Source: Candidatus Kapaibacterium sp. (GTDB taxonomy: Bacteria > Bacteroidota > Ignavibacteria > Kapaibacteriales > Kapaibacteriaceae). From it: a stretch of DNA of 64,000 nucleotides. The translations under genes and the position numbers were made by a program. Under the pieces are notes generated by a model, which ran no database searches, had not been told where the DNA came from, and saw only the letters and a list, made by a program, of their open reading frames with translations. This document shows positions 17,299-25,431 of this stretch, piece after piece (within the stretch, counting starts at the first letter, position 1; each line of letters starts with the position of its first letter). The stretch is from contig VEQR01000004.1 in the NCBI GenBank assembly GCA_018883125.1, positions 5,963-69,962 of the forward strand, given 5' to 3'.

Positions 17299-18876
17299 AT
17301 GATGTCCCTCCTAATCGTTTGCCAGTTCCTACTTCTTGCGACCGCCCAGTGCATCATTGCTCAGGACTTTGTGCGCAGCGAACTGCCGACGCCGCTCATC
17401 CGTCCATGGGAGATGCTGTACGGTGCCGACGGATATCTCTGGATCAGTGAATCCGGTGGTGTTGTCGCCCGCGTTCATCCGGAGTCGGGCGAAAAGCAGA
17501 TCGTCTTTACCGCAAAGGACTATTCCTGGGGTGACTCATCCGAGCGCCATCCGTATTGTCATCGTCCAAACATTGCGGCGGGGACGTTGGGGTTGGCTCT
17601 GCATCCGGATTTCCCCACCGCAGGCAGCAACTTCATCTACTACGTCTATTCCTCGAATCACGGGTCGTCATCGGCACCGATGACGCGGTTCAAGATCGTG
17701 CGGCTCACGTGGGATGCGGCATCAAAGTCCGTCGTCGATGCAGTCGATCTTGTTAAGGGGCTTCCCAGCGGTTACGACCATCCCGGTGGTCGCCTCCTGG
17801 CTATTCGGCAGGCAGGGAAGGATTTCCTCTATTACGCTGCCGGCGATGGCGGACTGTCAGATGACAATGACCCCGGGTGCTATCCCGCTCCGGCTGTCAA
17901 CCCCAACACGTATGCACAGGATCCTGCGTATGCGAATGGCAAGTTCCACCGATTCACGATCGATGGGGGCATTCCCGACGACAATCCGATACCCGGTAAT
18001 TCGATGTTCACGCGCGGACATCGCAATCCGCAAGGCCTGGTCTATAATTCCGTCGGAAATGTGCTCTATGGAATTGAACATGGCGACCGGACAGATGATG
18101 AGATCAACGTACTCGAGCCTGGCATGAACTACGGATGGAAGGATGTTCGTGGACACAGCGCAGATGATAACTATCCGGGCGAAGCCGCGTTTGTGCGGGA
18201 CTACAAGCCCCATCCCCTGATTGCCAATGACGCACTCAAGGATCCATTGTGGAGCTGGTGTGCTGCCCCTCAGCCAACGACAGACAAGTATCTCGACTGG
18301 TGTACCGTCGCCCCTTCTGATGGGGTGTATTACGCATCGGATGCGATTCCGGGATGGAAAAACTCGCTTCTTGTTGTAACGCTTAAAGATGGCGTTGATA
18401 CAGATAAAGAAGTCTATCAGTTTGCCCTGAGTCCTGATGGTCGTTCGATCCTTCCAGGCACGAGCGAAAGGCCTAACCCGCGCAGATATTTTTCTGGTGA
18501 TCAGGATACCAACGGTCGTCTGCGAGACATTGCCGTCTCACCTGATGGCATGAAGATCTATCTCATCAACAATGGTGGTGCCAGCACCGACAAGATCACC
18601 GTGTACACCTATGCAGGGCCCACTGGCGTTGGTGATCACTCACCCGAAGAATCCTTGGAGGTCTATCCCAACCCGGTCTCGGATCAGCTGACGGTCCGTG
18701 CAGACCAGTACATGGAGTACCTTGGTATCTATGACCTGCTTGGACGAGAGATTGTTAATGGCGTTGGTGTGAACACGATCACAGTCGACATGCATGATGT
18801 TTCGCAGGGGTCTTACGTCGTTCGAGCACGGTTCGCCGGCGGAGTAGTTCGAAACCGCTCGCTCGTGAAGCAATAG
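17299..18876 (+). CDS. PQQ-dependent sugar (glucose/sorbosone) dehydrogenase-like beta-propeller with T9SS CTD
   Basis: GHRNPQGL motif and the DHPGGRL / GDGG pattern. Signal peptide MMSLLIVCQFLLLATAQCIIAQ from ATG 17299. C-terminus LEVYPNPVSDQLTVRA..SYVVRARF... Confidence 0.75.
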   Translation: MMSLLIVCQFLLLATAQCIIAQDFVRSELPTPLIRPWEMLYGADGYLWISESGGVVARVHPESGEKQIVFTAKDYSWGDSSERHPYCHRPNIAAGTLGLALHPDFPTAGSNFIYYVYSSNHGSSSAPMTRFKIVRLTWDAASKSVVDAVDLVKGLPSGYDHPGGRLLAIRQAGKDFLYYAAGDGGLSDDNDPGCYPAPAVNPNTYAQDPAYANGKFHRFTIDGGIPDDNPIPGNSMFTRGHRNPQGLVYNSVGNVLYGIEHGDRTDDEINVLEPGMNYGWKDVRGHSADDNYPGEAAFVRDYKPHPLIANDALKDPLWSWCAAPQPTTDKYLDWCTVAPSDGVYYASDAIPGWKNSLLVVTLKDGVDTDKEVYQFALSPDGRSILPGTSERPNPRRYFSGDQDTNGRLRDIAVSPDGMKIYLINNGGASTDKITVYTYAGPTGVGDHSPEESLEVYPNPVSDQLTVRADQYMEYLGIYDLLGREIVNGVGVNTITVDMHDVSQGSYVVRARFAGGVVRNRSLVKQ

Positions 18877-18898
18877 AAACAACAGAGGTAGTAGTCCA

Positions 18899-19456
18899 AT
18901 GATCGCCACACTCGTACTGATCTCTATGCTGCTTTTCAATGGTACAACCGAGAAACCAATGAAGATCGATTTCGGCAACGGTCCTGACAAAAGTCAGGAG
19001 TGGGTTTTACTGTCCGATAACGTCATGGGTGGCGTTACCAAATCGAATCTCACATACACAACCAATTCCGTTGTGCTGACGGGCGAAATCTCGTTCAGGA
19101 ACTTTGGTGGGTTCTCCTCGACCAGAACCAGGTTCCATGCTTTCGATCTTTCGGCATTCAAAGGCGTCAAGATCAGGTTCAAATCGGTAAATCAGAAGTT
19201 CGCCTTCACACTCGAAGACAGCCGCAACTGGATGCAGCCGAATTACAAGTGCGCATTCGCCTCCACGAAGCCAGACACATGGGAAGAAGTGATCCTGTAC
19301 TTCGCGAATTTCAAGCAGTACGTCATCGGCCGTTCTACCGGTGGTGGCATGGACTCTGGAATCTTGAAAGACGTCGTCCGCCTCGGCATCATGACCGATG
19401 AGAAGAAGGAAGGGCCGTTCTCGATTGAGATAGATTATGTTGAATTTATCAATTGA
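18899..19456 (+). CDS. CIA30 (complex I intermediate-associated protein 30)-domain protein
   Basis: WVLLSDNVMGGVTKSNL...GEISFRNFGGFSSTRT pattern typical of the CIA30 domain. Confidence 0.6.
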   Translation: MIATLVLISMLLFNGTTEKPMKIDFGNGPDKSQEWVLLSDNVMGGVTKSNLTYTTNSVVLTGEISFRNFGGFSSTRTRFHAFDLSAFKGVKIRFKSVNQKFAFTLEDSRNWMQPNYKCAFASTKPDTWEEVILYFANFKQYVIGRSTGGGMDSGILKDVVRLGIMTDEKKEGPFSIEIDYVEFIN

Positions 19457-19540
19457 GAAGGAGGGTCTGTTGACCAGCCCCTCAGGCGCTTTCTTCGTCG
19501 CTAAGACCACACCATACAGATCAAAGCTCAAAAGAACACC

Positions 19541-20014
19541 ATGAACATCATTGATCGGCTTAACCTTCTCGAGCACCCTGAAGGGGGCTATTACCGCGAA
19601 TACTATCGATCGTCGATCACCGTGCCTACAGAGAGGGGGCCGCGCTGCGCAGCCACGTCAATCTGGTTTTGTTTGCCGGTAGGTGTTGTGTCGAACTTTC
19701 ATCGGCTATCGAACGATGAGATCTGGTATTGGCACGAGGGCGGACCCGTGGTGGTTCACATCATTCATCCGGATGGACGGTACGAGCATGTTGAGCTTGG
19801 CTCGCCCCCTTTCATGCATGCCGCTGTATTGCCGGCAGGAACATGGTTCGGTGCGGAGTCACTCGAACAAGATGTGCTTGTATCAGCAATGGTAGCACCT
19901 GGCTTTGAGTTTGAAGACTTCGAATTGGCCACGCGAGCTGGGCTTCTGGCTATGTATCCGCAGCATGGAGAGATTATACAGCGATTGACTCGAGAAGAGG
20001 GACAGAGGTACTGA
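19541..20014 (+). CDS. Cupin-fold protein (DUF985-like)
   Basis: LEHPEGGYYREYYRS N-terminal motif and cupin-like core. The last five codons and the stop codon lie in a 16-bp tandem repeat. Confidence 0.65.
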   Translation: MNIIDRLNLLEHPEGGYYREYYRSSITVPTERGPRCAATSIWFCLPVGVVSNFHRLSNDEIWYWHEGGPVVVHIIHPDGRYEHVELGSPPFMHAAVLPAGTWFGAESLEQDVLVSAMVAPGFEFEDFELATRAGLLAMYPQHGEIIQRLTREEGQRY

Positions 20015-20037
20015 GGGACAGAGGTACTGAGGGACGA
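19999..20037 (+). repeat. GGGACAGAGGTACTGA x2 plus a partial copy (octamer pair GGACAGAG / GTACTGAG)
   Basis: Exact 16-mer at 19999-20014 and 20015-20030, partial copy to 20037. The first copy contains the cupin stop codon (20012-20014). Confidence 0.9.
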
Positions 20038-20175
20038 TTTATGCGTTGTGGTTACTGAAGTGATTCAGAAGGCAGACTTGGTGTGTAGTCCGCTCCGCGG
20101 GCACTACCGTTGCTGAAAAAACTGCTTACCCAACCGCAACGAGTAAGGTCATTGAGGGTGAATATGTTCCGACCA

Positions 20176-21420
20176 TTAGCGAATGCTGGTGACTGTCCGC
20201 ACGCATGTTCCCTTTCGTTCTACGCGTAGCGTTAGTCCCGTTGTTGACGAATCAACAGATCTCCCGAGCACATCATAGGTGGCTTCGAGTATCCATTCGC
20301 CATCGCCGGAATCGCCTTCTACGGAGGTGACGGAGTCGAGTGCAGCGCGGATCTGCTGCTTAAGCTTCATGTAGGTGGGGTAGATATCGACAACGCTGCT
20401 GGACTTCACGGCCAGCACGCCACAGTAGCGACGTTCGAAGTCGATCCACGGACTGAAGCCGAACCGGCCCTGGGAAGCCCCCTCAATGAGTGTGTCATTT
20501 GATGAGTCAATACGCTCGCGCCATACGCCGATGCCGTACCGAGTGTTACGATCACTCAATGCGATGCCCATGTATGGAGAGTATCCGATCTTGGCGCCAC
20601 GAGTTTGATCGGTGAGCATCGAGTCGATCCACGCCGAGCCAAGCACACGCCTGCCTTCGTAGACGCCATCGTTGAGGATCATCACAAGCAGGCGCATGTA
20701 CTCTTCGGCTGTGCTCCAGACGCCACCGTCGATGCGTGGATTGTCCGTGTCGTAGATGCCTCGGATATCCCAAGAAGTGCGCGTCCATCCGAGTGGACGT
20801 GCGATGGTGGTGGTAAACAGCGAATCCCAGCATGAGCCTGACCCTATGGGCAGCTGCGAAGCCACCTCGGCCATTCGTCCGGCTACCTGCATGCCCTCAC
20901 TGCCATAATTCAGAAAGCTACCCGGTGGCGTGGCCAACGTGCCGGCCAGGATGTTATCGACGCATTCGGCAAGCGTGAGTTTACAGTTCACATCCTCCAC
21001 ACAGGGTGTTATGGGGCCTGCATTGCCGCGAAGTCCAGAGGTGAACGAAAACAGCTGGCGAATGGTCATGCGCCGCATGTCGCCCTTGGCCGTCGGAATA
21101 TACTGTGCTACGGAATCGTCAAGATTCAACGTCCCATTCTCAAGCAGTGCCGTCATCACGGAACCCGAGACCCACTTCGATGCCGAAGCAATGGGGATGA
21201 GACGCGACTTCGACATCGTCTTGCCAGCAAGGGCTACTGACCGCTCATAGATGAGCCGGCCATCCTTCCAGAGCAGCAGGCACGCTCCGCCAAAGTCCGT
21301 TTCGCGGGTTCCTCCAAGCACGGACAGCGAATCCTGAAGTGTCTGGTCCACAGCCGAGAAATTGTAGTTCTGCGCGCTTAGCGGCGCAGCAAGAGCGAGA
21401 AGAAGAAGGATGAGGTGCAT
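20176..21420 (-). CDS. Beta-lactamase-related serine hydrolase (class C / PBP4*-like)
   Basis: SxxK motif in IASASKWVSG. Signal peptide MHLILLLLALAAPLSAQ from ATG at 21420. The track ORF extends to 21657 only by reading through non-coding repeats. Confidence 0.75.
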   Translation of the reverse strand: MHLILLLLALAAPLSAQNYNFSAVDQTLQDSLSVLGGTRETDFGGACLLLWKDGRLIYERSVALAGKTMSKSRLIPIASASKWVSGSVMTALLENGTLNLDDSVAQYIPTAKGDMRRMTIRQLFSFTSGLRGNAGPITPCVEDVNCKLTLAECVDNILAGTLATPPGSFLNYGSEGMQVAGRMAEVASQLPIGSGSCWDSLFTTTIARPLGWTRTSWDIRGIYDTDNPRIDGGVWSTAEEYMRLLVMILNDGVYEGRRVLGSAWIDSMLTDQTRGAKIGYSPYMGIALSDRNTRYGIGVWRERIDSSNDTLIEGASQGRFGFSPWIDFERRYCGVLAVKSSSVVDIYPTYMKLKQQIRAALDSVTSVEGDSGDGEWILEATYDVLGRSVDSSTTGLTLRVERKGTCVRTVTSIR

Positions 21421-21421
21421 A

Positions 21422-21516
21422 GTGACTAGTGACGAGAGATGAGTGACGAGTGACGAGAGACGAGAGACGAGTGACGAGTGACGGAGGTACGGAATGACGG
21501 AATGACGGAATGATGT
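21422..21516. repeat. 9 heptamers (GTGACGA / GAGACGA) followed by 4 octamers (AATGACGG type)
   Basis: Read unit by unit: heptamers 21422-21484, octamers 21485-21516. Confidence 0.85.
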
Positions 21517-21645
21517 TCTCCCGCATAATAGCCCATGGCCTTGGCCATGGGAACGCGATGTTGACGGAATGACGTTCTCCCGCATAATAGCCCATGGCCT
21601 TGGCCATGGGAACGCTGGCCATGGGAACGCTGGCCATGGGAACGT
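21504..21645. repeat. Composite repeat: a 53-bp unit x2 (1 mismatch) plus TGGCCATGGGAACGC x3, each 53-bp unit carrying the palindrome CCCATGGCC-TT-GGCCATGGG
   Basis: 53-bp copies at 21504-21556 and 21563-21615. 15-mers at 21601-21615, 21616-21630 and 21631-21645. Palindromes at 21532-21551 and 21591-21610. Confidence 0.9.
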
Positions 21646-21715
21646 GGAAGACCACACATCGATGACACAGGTTTAACATGTGTGACCGTCCGACCGTTTT
21701 AGTCGTGGAAGGCCG

Positions 21716-22798
21716 TTAATGCCCAAGTCGACGCAGCAGGGTCGATGGATTGAACTTCTTCCACGCATGCCACGCGTCGGCATGCACCTGCACGGGGCGT
21801 CCATCGATGCTGATACGGTAGCCGTTGCCGCGACAGGAGTTTCCAACGATGGTTACGATGTGTCCTTGTACGGTATCGGTCAGTATGGAGTCCGAATGCT
21901 GACGTTGGCACAGATCTCGTACGGGGTAGGCGAGAGTTAGCCCCGGCACTACCGCTCCAAGAACCAATGTTCGACGGGTCACGGAATCACCTTCGTCGCC
22001 TGTCCACTTCGAAAACCCTTTCGACCAGTCTCCGCGATCGCCCGTCGAAGGGTCGGACCTCATGATTGATACGAGTCCGCGCCGATACGCCTCTTCGTAT
22101 CTCTGCGGTACATCATGCAGATCGATCTGCTCGTAGGGGAGATCCTTGAGCGCCATGCCTCGGCGAGGTCCGGCAACGCACTCTCCTGTGGCCTGATACC
22201 ACCAGGATCCCGAAGTGGCATCCTCGAACATGGCGTTATAGTAGTTTGCTCCAACAAGGCGGAATCGCTCGAGCTTCCCATCCACAATTGGTGAGAAGAC
22301 GCGCCCTGTGTGACACATGGTGCAGTAGGTGATGAGTACCTGCTCGCCCCCTACCGTATCAATGACCTTGTGATGATGCGCAACCAGGTCAATGGGGTAG
22401 GCCGCAACAACACCATTGCGCTCAACGACCATCACGCCTTCATCATTCAAACGTCCAGCGATTAAGCGCTCGCGGACAACCGTTTCGGGTTCGTTGAACA
22501 TGGCCTCGGCCGACATCTTTGTCGCAACGAGAACGTGAATGGCCGTGGCAATGAGCATTGCCAGGATCAGAACTGCCCGACCATACCAACGCCCCTGCTG
22601 CCAGCATTCGTAGGCACCATAGGCAGCGCTAACGGTTCCGACGAGATAGAATGCCCACCTCCAGGCGTGGAAGAAAAATGCCCACGGAACGGCATCGAGT
22701 TCCTGAGCACCCGGCACGATGGGCATCATGAGGATGACGGAGGAAAGGGGCGGAGCGGTTGCCAAGAGCAGTCCGCAGATCAGCAGTATCCAGCGCAT
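21716..22798 (-). CDS. DUF3179-domain membrane-anchored protein
   Basis: N-terminal TM helices followed by ..ITYCTMCHTGRVFSP..GANYYNAMFEDATSGSWWYQATGE.., typical of DUF3179. Confidence 0.6.
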   Translation of the reverse strand: MRWILLICGLLLATAPPLSSVILMMPIVPGAQELDAVPWAFFFHAWRWAFYLVGTVSAAYGAYECWQQGRWYGRAVLILAMLIATAIHVLVATKMSAEAMFNEPETVVRERLIAGRLNDEGVMVVERNGVVAAYPIDLVAHHHKVIDTVGGEQVLITYCTMCHTGRVFSPIVDGKLERFRLVGANYYNAMFEDATSGSWWYQATGECVAGPRRGMALKDLPYEQIDLHDVPQRYEEAYRRGLVSIMRSDPSTGDRGDWSKGFSKWTGDEGDSVTRRTLVLGAVVPGLTLAYPVRDLCQRQHSDSILTDTVQGHIVTIVGNSCRGNGYRISIDGRPVQVHADAWHAWKKFNPSTLLRRLGH

Positions 22799-22923
22799 GC
22801 GACGAATCTACCGGATTTAGCGAATCCGCCGCAGGCATCTTGTATGTTCGCCCGCTGCTTCATGGTTGTATATTCACCTGTGCTGTAGGGGTCCTTTACC
22901 ATAGGTTCAAAGCGGGGCAGTCC

Positions 22924-25338
22924 GTGATAACTTTCAATCGTTTCGTCATCGCAGCGCTCTGCGCTGTAATTCCAACGATCAGTCTCTTCGCACAATTCGG
23001 CGTGCGAGAACTTATGCCGGATGGTCATGGTCGAATCGACCGTGATCAGTGGGAACGGCAGCATGTACCGGTTCCCGGAGTGACGCCAAGTTGGCAGCCT
23101 GATGGGATTGACGGTGCGCAGTATCAGCCCCTTGATGTGTGGTCAGCGCCGCAGCAATGGCGAAATCTTGGGCCGTTCTACTCTACCGATATGGCTGGTT
23201 CTGGTCGCACGTCGGCGATTGCCATCAATCCGAAGAATACGAAGTCGATGGTCATGGCCACGGCTAGTGGCGGCCTCTGGCAAAGCTTTACCGGTGGTGA
23301 ATCGTGGCTCCCGATCACGGATGCGCTCCCAACTACGGGCGTGTCGGATGTGGTATATGACCCTCAGGACACGGCAACGATCTATGTTGCCACCGGCGAT
23401 TCGTGGAGGTGGACGTATACATCGCACGGTATCTATCGGACCACCGATGCCGGCAAGACATGGTCGCGCTGGGCAGCTCTGTTTCCTAAGCCGATCAACG
23501 ATGGAGGGGGCTTCTATGGAATCCGCTCCATCAGCATCAATCCGTCCGATGTGTCGAATGTTGTGGCTGTAACGAATAATGGCATTTATGCCACCACGGA
23601 TGCCGGAAAAACGTGGAAGCTTTCGTTCCAAGGGATGTGGTTTGATGCTCTCGACCGTCATCCAACAGATCATCGGATTCTGTTTGCCGGAAATGGCGAT
23701 GGTAACGCCAGCAATGGAATGTTCTTTCGGTCAACAGACAAGGGGCTTACCTGGACTCGTATCGATAGTGGAATGACGGGCAGAAAGGGCTTCCGGACAT
23801 ATATCCGGGCATCGCCGGCTGATCCTTCACTGGTGTATGCACTGGTGCATGACGACTGGGTGCCGGCATACGTGTACACCTCGCGTGATACCGGCTTGCA
23901 CTGGACGTTCGTCAAGGACACCTCGATATACTTCAATGTCTTTGCTGTTGATCCGCTAGAACCTAACACTATTTACGGATCGTCCTATGAGCACTGGGTG
24001 AGTCGTGACGGTGGAAAGCATTGGGATACATTGAATACGGTAAAGACCGTTCATTGCGATCACTGGTGCACGCGTTGGGATGCCGACGGAGCCATCTATG
24101 ACTGTAACGACGGCGGCGTATGGCGCCGTCGAAAGGGCGATTCCGTTTGGCAGAATCTGAACCGAACAATCTGTGCATTCGAATACTACGACATGCACAA
24201 TGCACAGCGCGATACTGTACACATCATGACAGGTTCGCAGGATAATACGGGCCAGTATCGCTCATCGCCTGAGCCAGCTGGATGGAAGCACGGAATCTTC
24301 CATGGAGACGCCATGATGTGCGCTGTGGACCACGACAACCCGGACATCGTCTACTCTGAGGGTATCGGCGGATCGCTCTTCAAGACTACGGATGAATGCG
24401 AGCGCTGGGACTGGTGCGCACCGAAGTATAAACGTGAGGGGAACTGGTACACGCCATTCGTGATGGACCGGGATAGACCCGAGCGAATGTACATCGGCTA
24501 TCAGGAGCTGTGGTTCACTCAGGACAAAGCCCTGACCTGGGTGAAGCTTACGGACTCTATCGGAACCGGAGAGAACATTGATCGCATCGCGATAACCCCG
24601 GCAAACAGGAATGCAATTGTTGTATCGCAAGGTGGTCGATGCAGCCGCTCCGATGACCAAGGCAAGACATGGAAGCGCCTGACGTCACTCGATACCGTTA
24701 TAACGAAACCACAGTCGTCGATCTCTGACGTCGAAGTTCGCCCTAACGATGATCGCGACATCGTTGTAGTCTTTGAAGGCTTCGGTAGTGGCGGACGCGT
24801 GTTCCGATCGCAGAACGCGGGTGCTAGCTTTGTGGACATCACCGCGAATCTGCCGAAGCCCCTTTCCTACCATAGCGTCGCGCTTGCATCAGATCCGCTA
24901 CATACGATCTATGTTGGGAGTCGTACCGATGTGTATGTTCGGAACGACACCATGAATACGTGGGCGCTCTTCGACAGGGGGCTTCCAAATACCCTTGTCA
25001 TGGACCTTGAGCTGCTGGAGCAATTTGGCAAGCTCCGTGCATGTACATGGGGAAGGGGCATCTGGGAGACCGATGTGTGGGATGGCCGGTTGGTGACCGT
25101 TGCCGAACAGCTCAAAAACACGACCCCTGATGTTTGGTATGACCGATCGTCCGGACGATTGGTCGTTCGAGATTCGCAGGCACGAGTATGGACTCGCGTC
25201 GAACTGGTCACAATGCTCGGTCAGACTATTGCAACGTCCGCACTCGATCAGCAGATTCAGCTTTCACGCGGAGCATACGTTGTGCGCCTTGCATCGGATC
25301 AGGGTCAGGTTCTATCTACATCGGTCCTTGTCTGGTAG
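22924..25338 (+). CDS. BNR/Asp-box repeat beta-propeller protein (sortilin/VPS10- or PSII stability factor-like glycosidase family) with probable T9SS CTD
   Basis: Repeated Asp-boxes (TTDAGKTW x2, STDKGLTW, SRDGGKHW, SDDQGKTW). The only plausible start upstream of the signal peptide VITFNRFVIAALCAVIPTISLFAQ is GTG at 22924. The track start at 22759 overlaps the divergent gene. Confidence 0.65.
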   Translation: MITFNRFVIAALCAVIPTISLFAQFGVRELMPDGHGRIDRDQWERQHVPVPGVTPSWQPDGIDGAQYQPLDVWSAPQQWRNLGPFYSTDMAGSGRTSAIAINPKNTKSMVMATASGGLWQSFTGGESWLPITDALPTTGVSDVVYDPQDTATIYVATGDSWRWTYTSHGIYRTTDAGKTWSRWAALFPKPINDGGGFYGIRSISINPSDVSNVVAVTNNGIYATTDAGKTWKLSFQGMWFDALDRHPTDHRILFAGNGDGNASNGMFFRSTDKGLTWTRIDSGMTGRKGFRTYIRASPADPSLVYALVHDDWVPAYVYTSRDTGLHWTFVKDTSIYFNVFAVDPLEPNTIYGSSYEHWVSRDGGKHWDTLNTVKTVHCDHWCTRWDADGAIYDCNDGGVWRRRKGDSVWQNLNRTICAFEYYDMHNAQRDTVHIMTGSQDNTGQYRSSPEPAGWKHGIFHGDAMMCAVDHDNPDIVYSEGIGGSLFKTTDECERWDWCAPKYKREGNWYTPFVMDRDRPERMYIGYQELWFTQDKALTWVKLTDSIGTGENIDRIAITPANRNAIVVSQGGRCSRSDDQGKTWKRLTSLDTVITKPQSSISDVEVRPNDDRDIVVVFEGFGSGGRVFRSQNAGASFVDITANLPKPLSYHSVALASDPLHTIYVGSRTDVYVRNDTMNTWALFDRGLPNTLVMDLELLEQFGKLRACTWGRGIWETDVWDGRLVTVAEQLKNTTPDVWYDRSSGRLVVRDSQARVWTRVELVTMLGQTIATSALDQQIQLSRGAYVVRLASDQGQVLSTSVLVW

Positions 25339-25431
25339 CGTGTTCCGCAGGTGTAAAATGTTTTGCGGGTTACCTGGAACCAATGCCGTGTCGTGGGCAT
25401 ATTTGCATGCCATATCACCCCAGGATGCAAA

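Noticed and set aside
21421-21679. N-terminal extension of the serine hydrolase ORF (to 21657) and ORFs 21245..21679 and 21426..21668
   Set aside because: They read through the heptamer/octamer/53-bp repeats (FPWPAFPWP.., SSLVTRHSSLV..). A good signal peptide starts at the internal Met (21420).
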